Shown here piece by piece: positions 18,531 through 29,644 of a stretch of 64,000 nucleotides of DNA. Made by a program: the position numbers and the translations under genes. The stretch covers positions 384,001 to 448,000 of the forward strand of contig CAVPBK010000009.1 in assembly GCA_963701855.1 (NCBI GenBank), in the 5' to 3' direction. Position 1 is the first letter of the stretch. Each line of letters begins with the position of its first letter. The notes below the pieces were generated by a model. The model did not search any database. It saw only the letters and a list, made by a program, of their open reading frames with translations, and had not been told where the DNA came from. The stretch comes from Nitrospirota bacterium. GTDB lineage: Bacteria; Nitrospirota; Nitrospiria; Nitrospirales; Nitrospiraceae.

Positions 18531-18698
18531 AGATTTCTGAGGGGAGAAAATTTCCGCGCGAGTTCAAAGATCAAGGGAAGCCGGCAGTTCCTTCGAACAG
18601 ATGCATGGGCCAGACCGCAGGTTCGTAGAGTGCGAAATGGTATGCACGGAGTAGTGGATCTGTCGCATGCGTAGTGACCGAAGAAGTTTGCTACCGCC

Positions 18699-19064
18699 AT
18701 GCCCATGCGGAGACTGCCGCAACTCGTAGTTTCCTTCTCTTTGCTTCTGCTGAGCGGAGGCTGCTCCACTGACCAGAGCCCTGTGCTGGCTGGGGTGTTT
18801 CAAACGTGGGATGACGTCATCACTCGCTGGGTCGGCCAGCAGAAAGTTGACCTGTATTACGAACTCGGCCCTCCTCAGTTTCATAAGGAAGCGCAGGACG
18901 GCATGGAGGAACTGGTCTGGGATATGACACGGCCAAGTCTGCCGGGCCAAGCGGAGATCTATGGCACGCTTCCGCTCTACGGAAATAGAGTAGATTGTCG
19001 GCTCTTCTTCTTTGCCAATGCGCAAGGGGTCATCAAGACCGGCCGGCGTGTAGGGTGTGATTAG
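18699..19064 (+). CDS. Putative lipoprotein
   Basis: Lipobox LSGGC; ELGPP motif; C-terminal Cys pair. Confidence 0.7.
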   Translation: MPMRRLPQLVVSFSLLLLSGGCSTDQSPVLAGVFQTWDDVITRWVGQQKVDLYYELGPPQFHKEAQDGMEELVWDMTRPSLPGQAEIYGTLPLYGNRVDCRLFFFANAQGVIKTGRRVGCD

Positions 19065-19617
19065 GGCTCATGTCTGGATGATCATTATGAATCAGCTTTA
19101 CATCAGCGCGGCATCACGTTGTTCTGTCAGGTCATCCGGGAGGCGGCTCCACCGTGCGGCACGGTATGGATTGATCCTATCTGCTTTGTTTCTGCTGACG
19201 GCATGCGTGTCGGTGCGCGTCGAACCATTGACCCATGAGTCCTATCCGCCTCGCGTCAGTGGCGAACCAGTCCAATGGCTGGAGACTGAGCCCGACTCTC
19301 CGTATGTCAAGCTGGCCCGGATCATTGCGACGAGTCAGAGTGCGGATGAAGACCGGCTACGCGACAAGATTCTGGCTCGTGCGAGTATGATGGGAGCTGA
19401 CGCAGTGGTGCTGGGGAAATCTGATGTGTTGGAATCGATGGGGCCGAGTCCTCCATATGAATCCACCATGGGTCCGGGGTTGGGTAATTTTGGCCTATAC
19501 GGAGGGGGCTGGTGGAATTATTACGACCCCTGGAGTTTTGTGCAAAGCACGGCGGACCAGACTGAATGGACGGAATATTTGTCCGGTACAGCCATTCGTT
19601 ACGTGAACCAGAAATAG
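19057..19617 (+). CDS. Putative lipoprotein, paralogue of 17904-18530
   Basis: LTAC lipobox; ASMMGADAVV; GTAIRY shared with the paralogue; start uncertain. Confidence 0.75.
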   Translation: MIRAHVWMIIMNQLYISAASRCSVRSSGRRLHRAARYGLILSALFLLTACVSVRVEPLTHESYPPRVSGEPVQWLETEPDSPYVKLARIIATSQSADEDRLRDKILARASMMGADAVVLGKSDVLESMGPSPPYESTMGPGLGNFGLYGGGWWNYYDPWSFVQSTADQTEWTEYLSGTAIRYVNQK

Positions 19618-19848
19618 ACGCATCGCGGATCGTGCGCGAAGGGGTTGAGCCTTACCGATGAACCGGCGGCGGGTTTCTACGGCTCTTCCTCCGACAGGTA
19701 GGCGGAGCGGGGTCACACCGTCGACGAGCAGGCCCTGGATCCGGTGCAAACACATGCGGTGCCTGTTGCGGTGCTGAATGAAGCTCCTGAACAGCCATAA
19801 CGTTCAGAATGAATCGAGGTTGTCGAATTCTCGCATGAGGGAGGGTGT

Positions 19849-20334
19849 ATGATGATACACAAATTGTGGATACTTGCCGGATTTGTGCTTGTGATGAGCG
19901 TCACGGCCTGTGCCGGCCCCAGCCAGATTGATCGCGAACATGTCTCACCTGGCGATCCGGTCATTGGTCTGTTGAGCAAAGGCATTGCGCGACTGAACGT
20001 TAACATCAATGCGTTGTCAAAGCGCATGAACGATGTTCAGCAGGCGTCGGCGGAAACGGACCCCGTGCTGCGGGAATTGCAGGCTCTGGATCTATCGGGA
20101 TGGCAGCTGCATCAGCAGCAATGGGTATTGCAGCGCGATCATCTTGTCTTGGCCCGCGACGTCCTTCAGCAGGCGTATAAGAGCCAAGGAGAAAAAGAAC
20201 GACTGCTCGTCCAGTGGCGCCAACACTGGACACTCTACGTGAACGCCATAGAGGAATTGCGTCAAGAACGACAACACTTAGAGCGTAAGCATCTGGAGGT
20301 GGAAGCCCGGTTGGTTGAACGTGGGCTTCAGTGA
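19849..20334 (+). CDS. Coiled-coil lipoprotein, hypothetical
   Basis: GGAGGG RBS; VTAC lipobox; Q/E/L/R-rich helical body. Confidence 0.7.
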   Translation: MMIHKLWILAGFVLVMSVTACAGPSQIDREHVSPGDPVIGLLSKGIARLNVNINALSKRMNDVQQASAETDPVLRELQALDLSGWQLHQQQWVLQRDHLVLARDVLQQAYKSQGEKERLLVQWRQHWTLYVNAIEELRQERQHLERKHLEVEARLVERGLQ

Positions 20335-20478
20335 ATGCCAGCAGCCATGCGTGCGAACGAAAAGATCGTGATGGAGACACTGGGTCACTTGGTAGGAATG
20401 CTTGTAGGCGGCAACCAATCTGGTTTCTGCAACGTGACGGAATCAAGTTAGAGCACGCTATGAACCATGGAGGATCCG

Positions 20479-21879
20479 ATGCCTGAGCTATACGATGTTG
20501 ATCTTTTGTGCATCGGGAGCGGGCCCGCCGGTCAACGCGCAGCGATTCAAGCGGCAAAGCTGGGAAAGCGCACAGCGGTGGTGGAGCGGCAACAGATCAT
20601 CGGTGGGGTCTGTGTCGCCACCGGCACGATTCCCAGCAAGACATTCCGGGAAGCCGTGTTGTCCTTCGTCGCTCAAGACACCCTGGGTGATGGGCATCTC
20701 GGCCATCATCTCAAAAGCCGCCCGACTGCGGAGCAGTTGTTGCGGCGCGTAGAAAACGTCATCCAGCGAGAAGCCCAAGTCGTGGAAGATCAGCTTTGGC
20801 GAAATGATATCCCATTGCTTCGGGGAGAGGCTTCCTTCAAAGATCCCCATACGCTGATGGTGGTGTCCGCGCAGGAGTGGCGGACGGTAACGGCGGACAA
20901 GATTCTGATCGCGGTAGGTACCCAACCGGCGATCCCTCGTGGCGTGAACCTGGATGGAGAATTCGTCCTGACCAGTGCTCAGGTCATGCTAATGAAGCAC
21001 TTACCTCGGAGGATGGCGGTGGTGGGAGCCGGGGTTATTGGCATTGAATACGCCTCCATGTTTGCAGCTTTGGAACTCGATGTGACGGTGATTGACAAGC
21101 GGGAACGCCCGCTCGAATTCGTGGATGAAGAAATCGTTGAAGAACTCATGCATCAAATGCGCAATCATGAGGTGACATTCCGCCTTGGCGAGGCCGTGGA
21201 GAGAATAGAAATCGCCGAGGGCCCCCCACGCCACGTTGTCATCCATTTGGAATCCGGGAAAGTGATTGTCTCCGATCTAGTCCTCTTTTCGGCCGGGCGT
21301 GTAGGCGCGACCACTCAGTTGAATCTCACGGCGGCAGGGCTGACCGTAGATCCGCGCGGTTTGCTGACCGTCGACCCGTTGTTTCGGACTCAGGTGCCGC
21401 ATATCTTTGCCGCAGGGGATATCATTGGCTATCCCAGCTTAGCGGCGACCGCTGCAGAACAAGGCCGCTTAGCCGCCTACTCAGCGTTTGGGGTAGAGTC
21501 GAAACCCATGGCCACCCATTTCCCTGTGGGGATCTATTCGATTCCTGAAATTTCGATGGTAGGAGCTTATGAACATGAATTGACGACCAACAAAGTTCCG
21601 TACGAGACCGGGGTCGCTCGGTATCGTGAAATCGCCCGAGGCCAAATTCTTGGCGACGACAGCGGACTGGTGAAGCTCCTGTTCCATCGAGAAAATCATC
21701 GGCTGCTGGGCGTGCATGCCATCGGCACCGGCGCAACCGAACTGATCCATATTGGGCAAGCGGTCTTAGGCCTGGATGGAGGACTCGATTACTTTCTGGA
21801 CACAGTGTTCAACTATCCCACCCTTGCCGAGTGTTACAAAGTCGCCGCCCTGAACGCCTCGAATAAACTGGCGCGCTAG
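20479..21879 (+). CDS. sthA: Soluble pyridine nucleotide transhydrogenase
   Basis: IGSGPAG, GGVCVATGTIPSK (CxxxxT type), GAGVIGIEYAS, IGYPSLA and VFNYPTLAECYKVAA motifs. Confidence 0.93.
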   Translation: MPELYDVDLLCIGSGPAGQRAAIQAAKLGKRTAVVERQQIIGGVCVATGTIPSKTFREAVLSFVAQDTLGDGHLGHHLKSRPTAEQLLRRVENVIQREAQVVEDQLWRNDIPLLRGEASFKDPHTLMVVSAQEWRTVTADKILIAVGTQPAIPRGVNLDGEFVLTSAQVMLMKHLPRRMAVVGAGVIGIEYASMFAALELDVTVIDKRERPLEFVDEEIVEELMHQMRNHEVTFRLGEAVERIEIAEGPPRHVVIHLESGKVIVSDLVLFSAGRVGATTQLNLTAAGLTVDPRGLLTVDPLFRTQVPHIFAAGDIIGYPSLAATAAEQGRLAAYSAFGVESKPMATHFPVGIYSIPEISMVGAYEHELTTNKVPYETGVARYREIARGQILGDDSGLVKLLFHRENHRLLGVHAIGTGATELIHIGQAVLGLDGGLDYFLDTVFNYPTLAECYKVAALNASNKLAR

Positions 21880-21942
21880 ACTCGTGAGGACGATGAATGG
21901 TTTCGAACAACTTGTGTTCGCCATCCGGAAGCGCTCGGGCCT

Positions 21943-22692
21943 ATGAAGCTTGTGGTAAAAATTGTCTTCTTTGCGATGGTCTTCTCGGCAACGTTTTTCT
22001 TTCTTCATGCGACGGATGCCACTAAAGCCGTGATGAGAGATGATCTCGATGACCTAGGGGGCATCCCCTGGTTGTACTCCGCAGTCTGTCTCATTTTCAG
22101 CATCTTGGTCGGGTTTGTCATCCAGCATGAATGGGACAACTGGAACGACTTCGTGGAGGCAATTAATGGAGAACTCAGTACCCTACGGTCCCTGTGGTTG
22201 TGGTCCCAGCATGTCCCTGACTGCGCAACAGAATTACGAGAAGCCATGAGCCAATATTTGACTGTGACGATCGAGGACGAATGGCGGACAAGCGCGATGG
22301 GCGAGAGTGAGGTCGCCGACAAGGCCCTCGCTGTTCTACAAGAGGAGGCCTCTACGCTCTTTCAGCATTCGGACCTCAACATGACCACCGTTGGGATCAT
22401 TAGTGATCTCCTGCGACACCGGGAACATCGCCTGTACTCGGGTCAGCGGCACATGCCGAAGATTTTGAAAGTGACGGTCGGATTCGCCGATGGATTGGTG
22501 ATCGTCCTGTCGTTGTTCATCGGCGTGAAACATTTGTGGCTGGATTACCTTTTCACCCTCAGCATCGCGTTGCTGGCTTATGTCGTCTATCTGGTGGTCA
22601 ACGACTTGGATCATCCGCTCCGACCTGGGATTTGGCATGTGACATCCAAGCGGTATGAGCGTCTGCTCGCCCAGCTTCAGCAGCAGACATGA
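21943..22692 (+). CDS. DUF4239-like (bestrophin-like) membrane protein
   Basis: Four hydrophobic segments; IFSILVGFVI..W; C-terminal DLDHPLRPG. Confidence 0.7.
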   Translation: MKLVVKIVFFAMVFSATFFFLHATDATKAVMRDDLDDLGGIPWLYSAVCLIFSILVGFVIQHEWDNWNDFVEAINGELSTLRSLWLWSQHVPDCATELREAMSQYLTVTIEDEWRTSAMGESEVADKALAVLQEEASTLFQHSDLNMTTVGIISDLLRHREHRLYSGQRHMPKILKVTVGFADGLVIVLSLFIGVKHLWLDYLFTLSIALLAYVVYLVVNDLDHPLRPGIWHVTSKRYERLLAQLQQQT

Positions 22693-22950
22693 CGCTGTGG
22701 AATAGGGTGGTTCGCAAGCAAGGCAGAGTCGCATGAGAAGTGGCGTGGAGACGACCAACGCGCACTCTCAACTCAGGGCCGCACAGGACAAAAATTAGAA
22801 AAATGTATGGGGGGATGTGCCGAACGGTAACGCCTTGGTATCCTCGCCTGCGTGGCCGCGAATGCGCCAAGCTCCGTCCTCATAGACCACATGGTGAATC
22901 TCGTACCACCAGCGCCAGGCCTGCAAACACGAACGTCAAGACCGTCGGCT

Positions 22951-23562
22951 CTACTGATTGCCACTCCCGAGCGGCTGCTTGATGCTGACCGCGCCGTGCA
23001 GCTCTCCTGCCTTGTAGCCCGTAGCCGCATCGAAGGGATACCGCGTCCTCAGCACGGAACGAATCGACTCCGGAATCTGATCACTCGGCCCGTGACAGAA
23101 CAGACATTTCCGCTGAATTATAATTGGCTTCATGAACCGGAAGTACTGACCAGCTGGCTCCGATACGACTTCATGATGGGTCATGTCCGCAAATGCCTCC
23201 CCTTTCGCGGCGCGCTCGGAAAATTCAGCCAGCACCTTCTGCTCCCAGGCATCCGGCATCCCGAGCAAGGGATTGCGCACACGAGTCCCCACGCGTGTCA
23301 CCCGCCAGCCATGCTCCCGAGATAGCCGGCCAGCGATGTTCTGGGCAAGTTCGGCATACACCTTGATCGTCTCTGTCGGACCACTCTTGATCATCTCCCT
23401 CGTCACGGCCTCGCCCAGCTCTCCCAGGAATTCCTCGGCAACTTCGCTGGCCACCTGTTCGCGCTCGGTCTGATCGGCATAGGCCATACTTGTCGCGATC
23501 ACAAGAACTGCGACGCTTCCTGCGAGTGCTCTCACAATACGAAATCTGTTCCTTGCCATCAT
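22951..23562 (-). CDS. DUF3365 (Tll0287-like) periplasmic c-type cytochrome
   Basis: RNP...PDAWE, FRFMKPI, CLFCHG haem motif, YPFDAATGYKAGELHGAVSI; signal peptide; start approximate. Confidence 0.88.
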   Translation of the reverse strand: MMARNRFRIVRALAGSVAVLVIATSMAYADQTEREQVASEVAEEFLGELGEAVTREMIKSGPTETIKVYAELAQNIAGRLSREHGWRVTRVGTRVRNPLLGMPDAWEQKVLAEFSERAAKGEAFADMTHHEVVSEPAGQYFRFMKPIIIQRKCLFCHGPSDQIPESIRSVLRTRYPFDAATGYKAGELHGAVSIKQPLGSGNQ

Positions 23563-23775
23563 GCCCACCGCCACCCATTCCGCCTCCATGCTGTCCCTCG
23601 ACACCAAAATCCCCCTCGTACAGCTATCCATCATCTGACGCCTCTCAGGTGTAGATACCGTGAGATAGAAGGAAATGCCATAGACTCTCATTCTTCTTCG
23701 CCACAAATCTAGTGGTGAGAACTTTCCCTACGACTTGTCTCAGGTTTGGGGCTGTTTGCACACCCATGTCCTTTA

Positions 23776-23984
23776 CTAGCAGGCTGTTGACAAAGTCCGC
23801 CAGCGGCGTTCTCGCGGCGCTCAGAGGCTCAACGTACGGCAAAGAGTACGCTTCGCCTCTTCACTTGCTGCGGCCTTGCTGGACGGCCATTCTGAACAGC
23901 CTGCGAGGAACCCTGAAAGAGTCTGTGGACATCCAAGTGCTCATGGTTTCGATATGCTCAAGTAGTTTGTCAACTGCCTGCTAG
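23776..23984. mobile_element. Non-autonomous miniature inverted-repeat element (MITE)
   Basis: CTAG-CAGGCTGTTGACAAA ... TTTGTCAACTGCCTG-CTAG (18/19 inverted match including the flanking CTAG); an internal second end TGAACAGCCTGC at 23893-23904; no transposase. Confidence 0.8.
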
Positions 23985-24086
23985 CCACAGGGAGCAGTCC
24001 ATTTCCCCGCGCCTTCTCTCCTCCTTCCCGATCACGCTGGCGGTTTTGCTAGCTCAACACACCGGCAGGAAAACAGGGTGCTGGTC

Positions 24087-25127
24087 TCAAAACCGATAGC
24101 TGCCCCCGAGCGAATAGATCGTGTCGTGGAAATCTCGCGTCACAACTGTCGAGGATCCCTGAGTCTGTTGGAAAGACGCCAAAAGGCTCGCCGCAGCGGT
24201 GAGGCGATAGCGTAACTCAGCCATACCCTGGTGGATATTATCATGCCGGTTGAGATGCGTATCCCCGAGCAGCTCACTGGTAAAGTCCTTGCGTCGGTAG
24301 ATATACCCTAGATGCAGGGAGAGCGACTCGATCAGCGTGAGGTCAGCTCCGGCCGAGACCGCGTGCAATCGGTACGAAACATCGTCATTGAATTGGGTAT
24401 TGCTGCGGCCATCGGCCAAGCCCCGTTCATAGAGGTAGCCCAACGACACCGCCATGCGCGGATTGATGAGGTACTGTAGCTGTGAACCGATGGTCCAGAA
24501 ATTCGTGTCACGCTCCGCGAACGCATCGTTATACGAACGGAGGCCATAGCGCCCAATGAGCGTCAACGTCCACGATTCGTTCACTCGATGTTCGAGCTCC
24601 GCGCGCCACGTCTGCGAGGAGACACGTTCCTCTTGGATCAGGTTGTTCCCGGTACGGCGCTCGATATTGGGGCCCAGGAACTGGTCGGGCACATTCCGGT
24701 ACCGGATGAGGAGCGACGTGTCAGGGGAGAGCCCCTGCTTGAATTGCAGCCGATAGTCGCCGAAGTTGAAGATCGGATTATTAGTATAGATAAACCCCTG
24801 TGCTTTGATGGAGAGCTCGTTAGGCCCGAGCTTCGACGAAGAAGATCGGATCACCTCGAGCGAGGGATCCCAGATGACATCGGAGAGCTGACTCGGGAGG
24901 GCGGTCGGTTGGCTCGGGTCTTCGCTGAATTTCAGGCGACGGGCCGCAGAAAAATTGGTCACATTATTGGTGTACGAAACCTTGCTCTCGGCAATGGCGG
25001 ACCATTCTGCCGTGACGCTGCGCGGGAAACAAAGCAGGACCAAGAGTCCGAGGGAAAAGAGGAGACTTGTAGGGACAAAGCACCGGGCCATAAAGGCCCA
25101 CATTTGGTTAACTGAAGGTCCGCACAT
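24087..25127 (-). CDS. Putative outer-membrane beta-barrel protein
   Basis: Signal peptide, alternating amphipathic strands, C-terminal GGSYRF; start uncertain. Confidence 0.75.
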   Translation of the reverse strand: MCGPSVNQMWAFMARCFVPTSLLFSLGLLVLLCFPRSVTAEWSAIAESKVSYTNNVTNFSAARRLKFSEDPSQPTALPSQLSDVIWDPSLEVIRSSSSKLGPNELSIKAQGFIYTNNPIFNFGDYRLQFKQGLSPDTSLLIRYRNVPDQFLGPNIERRTGNNLIQEERVSSQTWRAELEHRVNESWTLTLIGRYGLRSYNDAFAERDTNFWTIGSQLQYLINPRMAVSLGYLYERGLADGRSNTQFNDDVSYRLHAVSAGADLTLIESLSLHLGYIYRRKDFTSELLGDTHLNRHDNIHQGMAELRYRLTAAASLLASFQQTQGSSTVVTRDFHDTIYSLGGSYRF

Positions 25128-25313
25128 ATCGCAGTACCTGCCAGGCTTCTTCTCCCGTCAGCACGAGCAGAACAAAGGGAGTCATCGCCGTTAAGAAACT
25201 AGCGCCTAACGGCGTCACGTGAGTCTCGCTCCTCACCTTGTCTCGCACCACTCCGCCATTTTTCGACGAACCGTGATGAATATTCCGGTGCTAACGACAC
25301 GTCGCGCGGATTA

Positions 25314-27734
25314 CTACTTCCTCTGCTTGGCTCGCGCCAAGGCCAGAGCCATAGCCATCGTGCCGGTGGGCTGTGGCTGGCGAACCGGAGCGTGCTGGGG
25401 TGTCGGCGGACGCCGGTCACGCGGTTCGCGTGATGCTCCCGTGGAGACCTCGATCGGCGCGCGATTTGAAGATGATGTACTGCCTGCTGCATCGTCGATG
25501 CACATGGTCAGGGAAATGCGCTGGCGCTTCACATCGACGTTTAGCACCTTCACCTTCACGATCTGGCCAGGCTTGACGACCTCATGGGGGTCCTTGATGA
25601 ATTTATTGGCCAGCGCGGACACGTGCACAAGACCGTCCTGATGCACGCCGACATCGACGAAGGCGCCGAAGGCCGCGACGTTCGTCACGACCCCTTCGAG
25701 AATCATGTCTTGTTGTAGATCGGTCAGAGACTCAATACCTTCTTGGAATGTGGCCGTCTTGAATTCCGGGCGCGGATCGCGGCCCGGTTTTTCCAACTCG
25801 TTCAGAATGTCGCGCACCGTCGGCAGGCCGAACTTCTCATCGGTAAAATCGGCGGGAGATAATCCCTTGAGCACCGCCGGCTGGCCCATGACGTCCACAA
25901 TACCTTTGCTGATACGTGTGAGAATGCGCTCGACCACCGGGTAGGCTTCCGGATGGACCGAAGAGCGATCCAGCGGATTATCGCCACCGTTGATGCGCAG
26001 AAACCCGGCGGCCTGCTCGAACGTCTTGTCACCTAGACGCGGTACCTTGCGCATCGTAGTACGATTCTGAAATGGGCCGTTCGCATCACGGTACTCGACG
26101 ATATTTTTCGCCAGCACCTTGTTCAGACCCGACACCCGTTCAAGCAATGGAGCGGAGGCTGTGTTGACGTCCACGCCCACGGCATTGACGCAGTCTTCAA
26201 CTGTGGCATCGAGCGATCGTGCCAGCGCCCGTTGGTTCACGTCGTGCTGATATTGGCCGACGCCGATTGCCTTGGGATCGATCTTCACCAGTTCAGCCAG
26301 CGGGTCTTGCAGACGTCGTGCGATGGAGACGGCGCCGCGCAGACTGACATCCAACTCAGGAAACTCCGCAGCGGCGAAGGCCGATGCTGAATAGACCGAG
26401 GCGCCGGCCTCGCTGACCACGATCTTGAGCACTTTGTGTTCCGGCTTCTGAGCCGTGACTAATTTAATCACCTCAATGGCCAGCTTGTCGGTCTCCCGGC
26501 TGCCGGTCCCGTTGCCGATCGAAATCAGCTCGACGCCATGCTGCACAACCAACCGTGCCAGCGTCGCCAACGAGCCCTGCCAGTCATTGCGCGGCTGGAG
26601 CGGGTAAATGGTCGTGGTCTCCAGCAGCTTACCGGTTGCATCGACCACCGCCACCTTGCAGCCCGTGCGGATGCCGGGGTCGAGGCCGAGCACGGCCTTC
26701 GGGCCCGCAGGCGCCGCCAGCAACAATTCATGCAAATTGCGTCCGAAAATCTTAATCGCCTCGGCTTCCGCCGCTTCGCGCAACTGCACCAGCAGTTCCA
26801 CCGAAAGATGTAGATGTACCTTGCCTCGCCAGGTCCAATCGCAGACGCCCATCAGCCATTTGTCCGCACGGCGGTCACGGTCTTCAATACCGACATGCGC
26901 CGCGATCGTCGCGACACAGGGATGCGGCGTCACCGCTTCCAGTGCCTCGCCCAGGCCCAGTTCAATTTTCAACACACCCAGCGTGCGGCCACGGAACAGC
27001 GCCAGCGCGCGGTGCGAAGGAATGGTGCGGATGGTTTCAGCATACGCATAGTAATCCCGGAACTTTTCTTCCTGGGCCGTTTCCTTTCCTTTCATCACGG
27101 TGGACGTGACGACGCCCTGGTCCCACAGACGAGTACGCAATTTCGCGAGCAGCTCGGCGGTTTCGGCAAAACGTTCGACCAGAATGTCCCGCGCACCCTC
27201 AAGCGCAGCTTTTGCGTCCGACACATTGATGGCCTCAACACCCTCGGCAGCAGGCCTTACGATCAGATACTTCACGGCTTCCTGTTCCGGGTCGAGCGTC
27301 GGATCGGCGAACAAGGCATCGGCCAGCGGCTCCAGCCCTGCCTCGCGCGCAATCTGCGCTCGCGTGCGCCGCTTGGGTTTGTAGGGCAAGTAGAGATCTT
27401 CCAACGTTTGCTTGGTTGCAGCCGCTTCAATGGTCCCGCGCAGTGCATCGGTGAGTTTGCCCTGCTCCTCAATCGACGCCAGAATCGCCGCGCGGCGCAG
27501 CTCCAATTCCCGCAGATACAGCAGGCGCTCTTCCAATGTGCGCAAGTGTGTATCGTCCAAGTTGCCGGTGGCCTCCTTACGATAGCGCGCGATAAACGGC
27601 ACGGTCGAACCTTCATCGAGCAAAGCGACCGCAGCCGCGACCTGGCTGGGTCCCACACCAAGTTCCTTGGCGATGAGTGGAACAATCTTCAGCTGCGCTG
27701 CGTCTGAAACCGTCTGGGTGATTGGAGAATCCAT
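25314..27734 (-). CDS. tex: Tex-family transcription accessory protein (S1 domain)
   Basis: [43 protein letters not shown] and S1 [18 protein letters not shown] motifs. Confidence 0.97.
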   Translation of the reverse strand: MDSPITQTVSDAAQLKIVPLIAKELGVGPSQVAAAVALLDEGSTVPFIARYRKEATGNLDDTHLRTLEERLLYLRELELRRAAILASIEEQGKLTDALRGTIEAAATKQTLEDLYLPYKPKRRTRAQIAREAGLEPLADALFADPTLDPEQEAVKYLIVRPAAEGVEAINVSDAKAALEGARDILVERFAETAELLAKLRTRLWDQGVVTSTVMKGKETAQEEKFRDYYAYAETIRTIPSHRALALFRGRTLGVLKIELGLGEALEAVTPHPCVATIAAHVGIEDRDRRADKWLMGVCDWTWRGKVHLHLSVELLVQLREAAEAEAIKIFGRNLHELLLAAPAGPKAVLGLDPGIRTGCKVAVVDATGKLLETTTIYPLQPRNDWQGSLATLARLVVQHGVELISIGNGTGSRETDKLAIEVIKLVTAQKPEHKVLKIVVSEAGASVYSASAFAAAEFPELDVSLRGAVSIARRLQDPLAELVKIDPKAIGVGQYQHDVNQRALARSLDATVEDCVNAVGVDVNTASAPLLERVSGLNKVLAKNIVEYRDANGPFQNRTTMRKVPRLGDKTFEQAAGFLRINGGDNPLDRSSVHPEAYPVVERILTRISKGIVDVMGQPAVLKGLSPADFTDEKFGLPTVRDILNELEKPGRDPRPEFKTATFQEGIESLTDLQQDMILEGVVTNVAAFGAFVDVGVHQDGLVHVSALANKFIKDPHEVVKPGQIVKVKVLNVDVKRQRISLTMCIDDAAGSTSSSNRAPIEVSTGASREPRDRRPPTPQHAPVRQPQPTGTMAMALALARAKQRK

Positions 27735-27988
27735 CTGTATCCGTTACCGTTCTTTCCGAAAGCGGTATCGTGCTGAGTGCCGGCCACTCGAAGCACCCGC
27801 TTTCTTCTTGTTAAGGTGCGTGGGAGATATTGGTCCGTGGAATTAGTTCATACTCAGCGGGCTGTAGGAAGCTCACGACAAGTGTACTGCAAAAACCCCC
27901 GCGTATCTAGCCGGAACCACATGAGCCACTGACCTTCGGCTAGATCTCAGCTTAAGACTCCGTTACACTTCTCGATAAGGAGAGACCG

Positions 27989-28885
27989 ATGCGGGATGAC
28001 AGGATGACCAACTACTATACGTTGCTCGAACTCTTGCCCACAGCAACGGAAGTTGAGATCAAAAAGTCCTGGCATGAACAAATCCAGGTCTGGCATCCGG
28101 ATCGCTTCAACCATTCCCCGACGTTGCACCGAAAAGCGGAAGCCCGGACACAACTGATCAACCAAGCCTATCAAACCCTCAGCGACCCCATCGCACGCGC
28201 ACGCTACGATGCCACAACCGAGCCCTCGACCTCCCGCAGACAGCCGCCACGGCCTTCTCCTGCATCAGGCCCATCGTCTGAATCCTACGCTTCTCCTCCG
28301 CCACGCGCTCAACAGACTGCACGGTCTCGCCAGGGCCCTCGCGGGCCCCAATCGCTCATGATGCTTTCGCGGCAAGGCCAACCCAAAACCATGGTGCCGG
28401 CCATTACGATGCTCGTCGACAGCCACGAGCATCTCCCCTACGAGTTTGAACATCTCGTCCGCATCGCCGGAACTATTCGGCAGACGCTTCCGGCGGGTGA
28501 TTACGCCATTGCAGAAGCCCCTGAGATTTTTTGCGTCGAACGCCGGCGCGTGGAAGAGTTCAACACGATCTTTTCGAATCCCTCCGATAACCGATCGCCC
28601 TTTCTCCAAGAACTCGAACCGCTCCTGGACTACCCGCATCGGTTTCTCGTCATCGAAGGAACGCTTCAGTCCACCAAAGGTAGCGGACGGCTTGGCGAAT
28701 ATCACAAGAACGGCATGATGGATTTCTTGGATGCCCTGACGGCGCGATTTGGGATTACGATCATTTATGCGGACAGCCGGGAAGAAGCGGAAGAACGAGT
28801 GGCAAATCTGGCCGCCCTGCACTACGCCTACCACTTTGCCGAGCAGCAGGGACTCGGCCGCTGCCTCGCGGAGGACGATTTGTAG
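27989..28885 (+). CDS. J-domain (DnaJ) / ERCC4-like nuclease fusion protein
   Basis: N-terminal NYYTLLEL...WHPDR...INQAYQTLSDP..RARYD; Pro/Ser linker; C-terminal LVDSHE...LPAGDY...CVERR...FLVIEG; AGGAG RBS. Confidence 0.82.
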   Translation: MRDDRMTNYYTLLELLPTATEVEIKKSWHEQIQVWHPDRFNHSPTLHRKAEARTQLINQAYQTLSDPIARARYDATTEPSTSRRQPPRPSPASGPSSESYASPPPRAQQTARSRQGPRGPQSLMMLSRQGQPKTMVPAITMLVDSHEHLPYEFEHLVRIAGTIRQTLPAGDYAIAEAPEIFCVERRRVEEFNTIFSNPSDNRSPFLQELEPLLDYPHRFLVIEGTLQSTKGSGRLGEYHKNGMMDFLDALTARFGITIIYADSREEAEERVANLAALHYAYHFAEQQGLGRCLAEDDL

Positions 28886-28971
28886 AGCTGCTGGACGATG
28901 AGAAGCCGTGTTTCGTAAAACGTGAAATGTTTCTCGCATTCAGCGGGAGCAAACGACACTACGCTCTCCGC

Positions 28972-29436
28972 TCAAGTCTTCGCTCCAAATCCCATCTGCC
29001 GCCAGGCTTCGTAGATGACCACGGCCACTGCGTTGGAAAGATTGAGGCTTCGGTTTCCAGGGACCATGGGGACGCGGATACGCTGTTGCGCGGCGACGCT
29101 TCCTAGAATCTCAGCCGGCAACCCACGGCTTTCCGGACCAAACACAAAGACATCACCGGCAGCGTAGTTGACCATATCGTATTGTTGTGCGCCTTTGGTG
29201 GAAACGGCAAACAGTCGGCGATCTTTCACGCTGGCAGCGCAATCGGACCAACTTTCATGGACCGTGATCGTGGCGAATTCGTGATAGTCCAATCCCGCCC
29301 GAAGCAACTGCTTATCCTCCAGAGAGAAGCCCAGCGGTTTCACGAGATGCAGCCTGGCGCCCGTGTTGGCGCAAAGGCGGATGATGTTGCCGGTGTTCGG
29401 AGGAATTTCCGGTTGATAGAGAATGACGTCGAACAT
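28972..29436 (-). CDS. trmL: tRNA (cytidine/uridine-34-2'-O)-methyltransferase
   Basis: PEIPPNTGNIIRLCANTG, RAGLDY, FGPESRGL and RSLNLSN motifs. Confidence 0.96.
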   Translation of the reverse strand: MFDVILYQPEIPPNTGNIIRLCANTGARLHLVKPLGFSLEDKQLLRAGLDYHEFATITVHESWSDCAASVKDRRLFAVSTKGAQQYDMVNYAAGDVFVFGPESRGLPAEILGSVAAQQRIRVPMVPGNRSLNLSNAVAVVIYEAWRQMGFGAKT

Positions 29437-29644
29437 GACGGAGATCAGAACCTATGGCTGATGGCCATGGACTATAGCACGAAGACAGAGAATCCTGACC
29501 CCTTGTCATGGCCGCTATTTGTTCTTGCGTGACCCCTCAGGCTATCAGCTATAGGAGATACGCTCTTCAGGTTTCTGATGTGGTGGTTCATTTCACCACT
29601 CCAGGGCTTCTTGGTATAGTGAATGTGAATCAACGACGGTTTCT

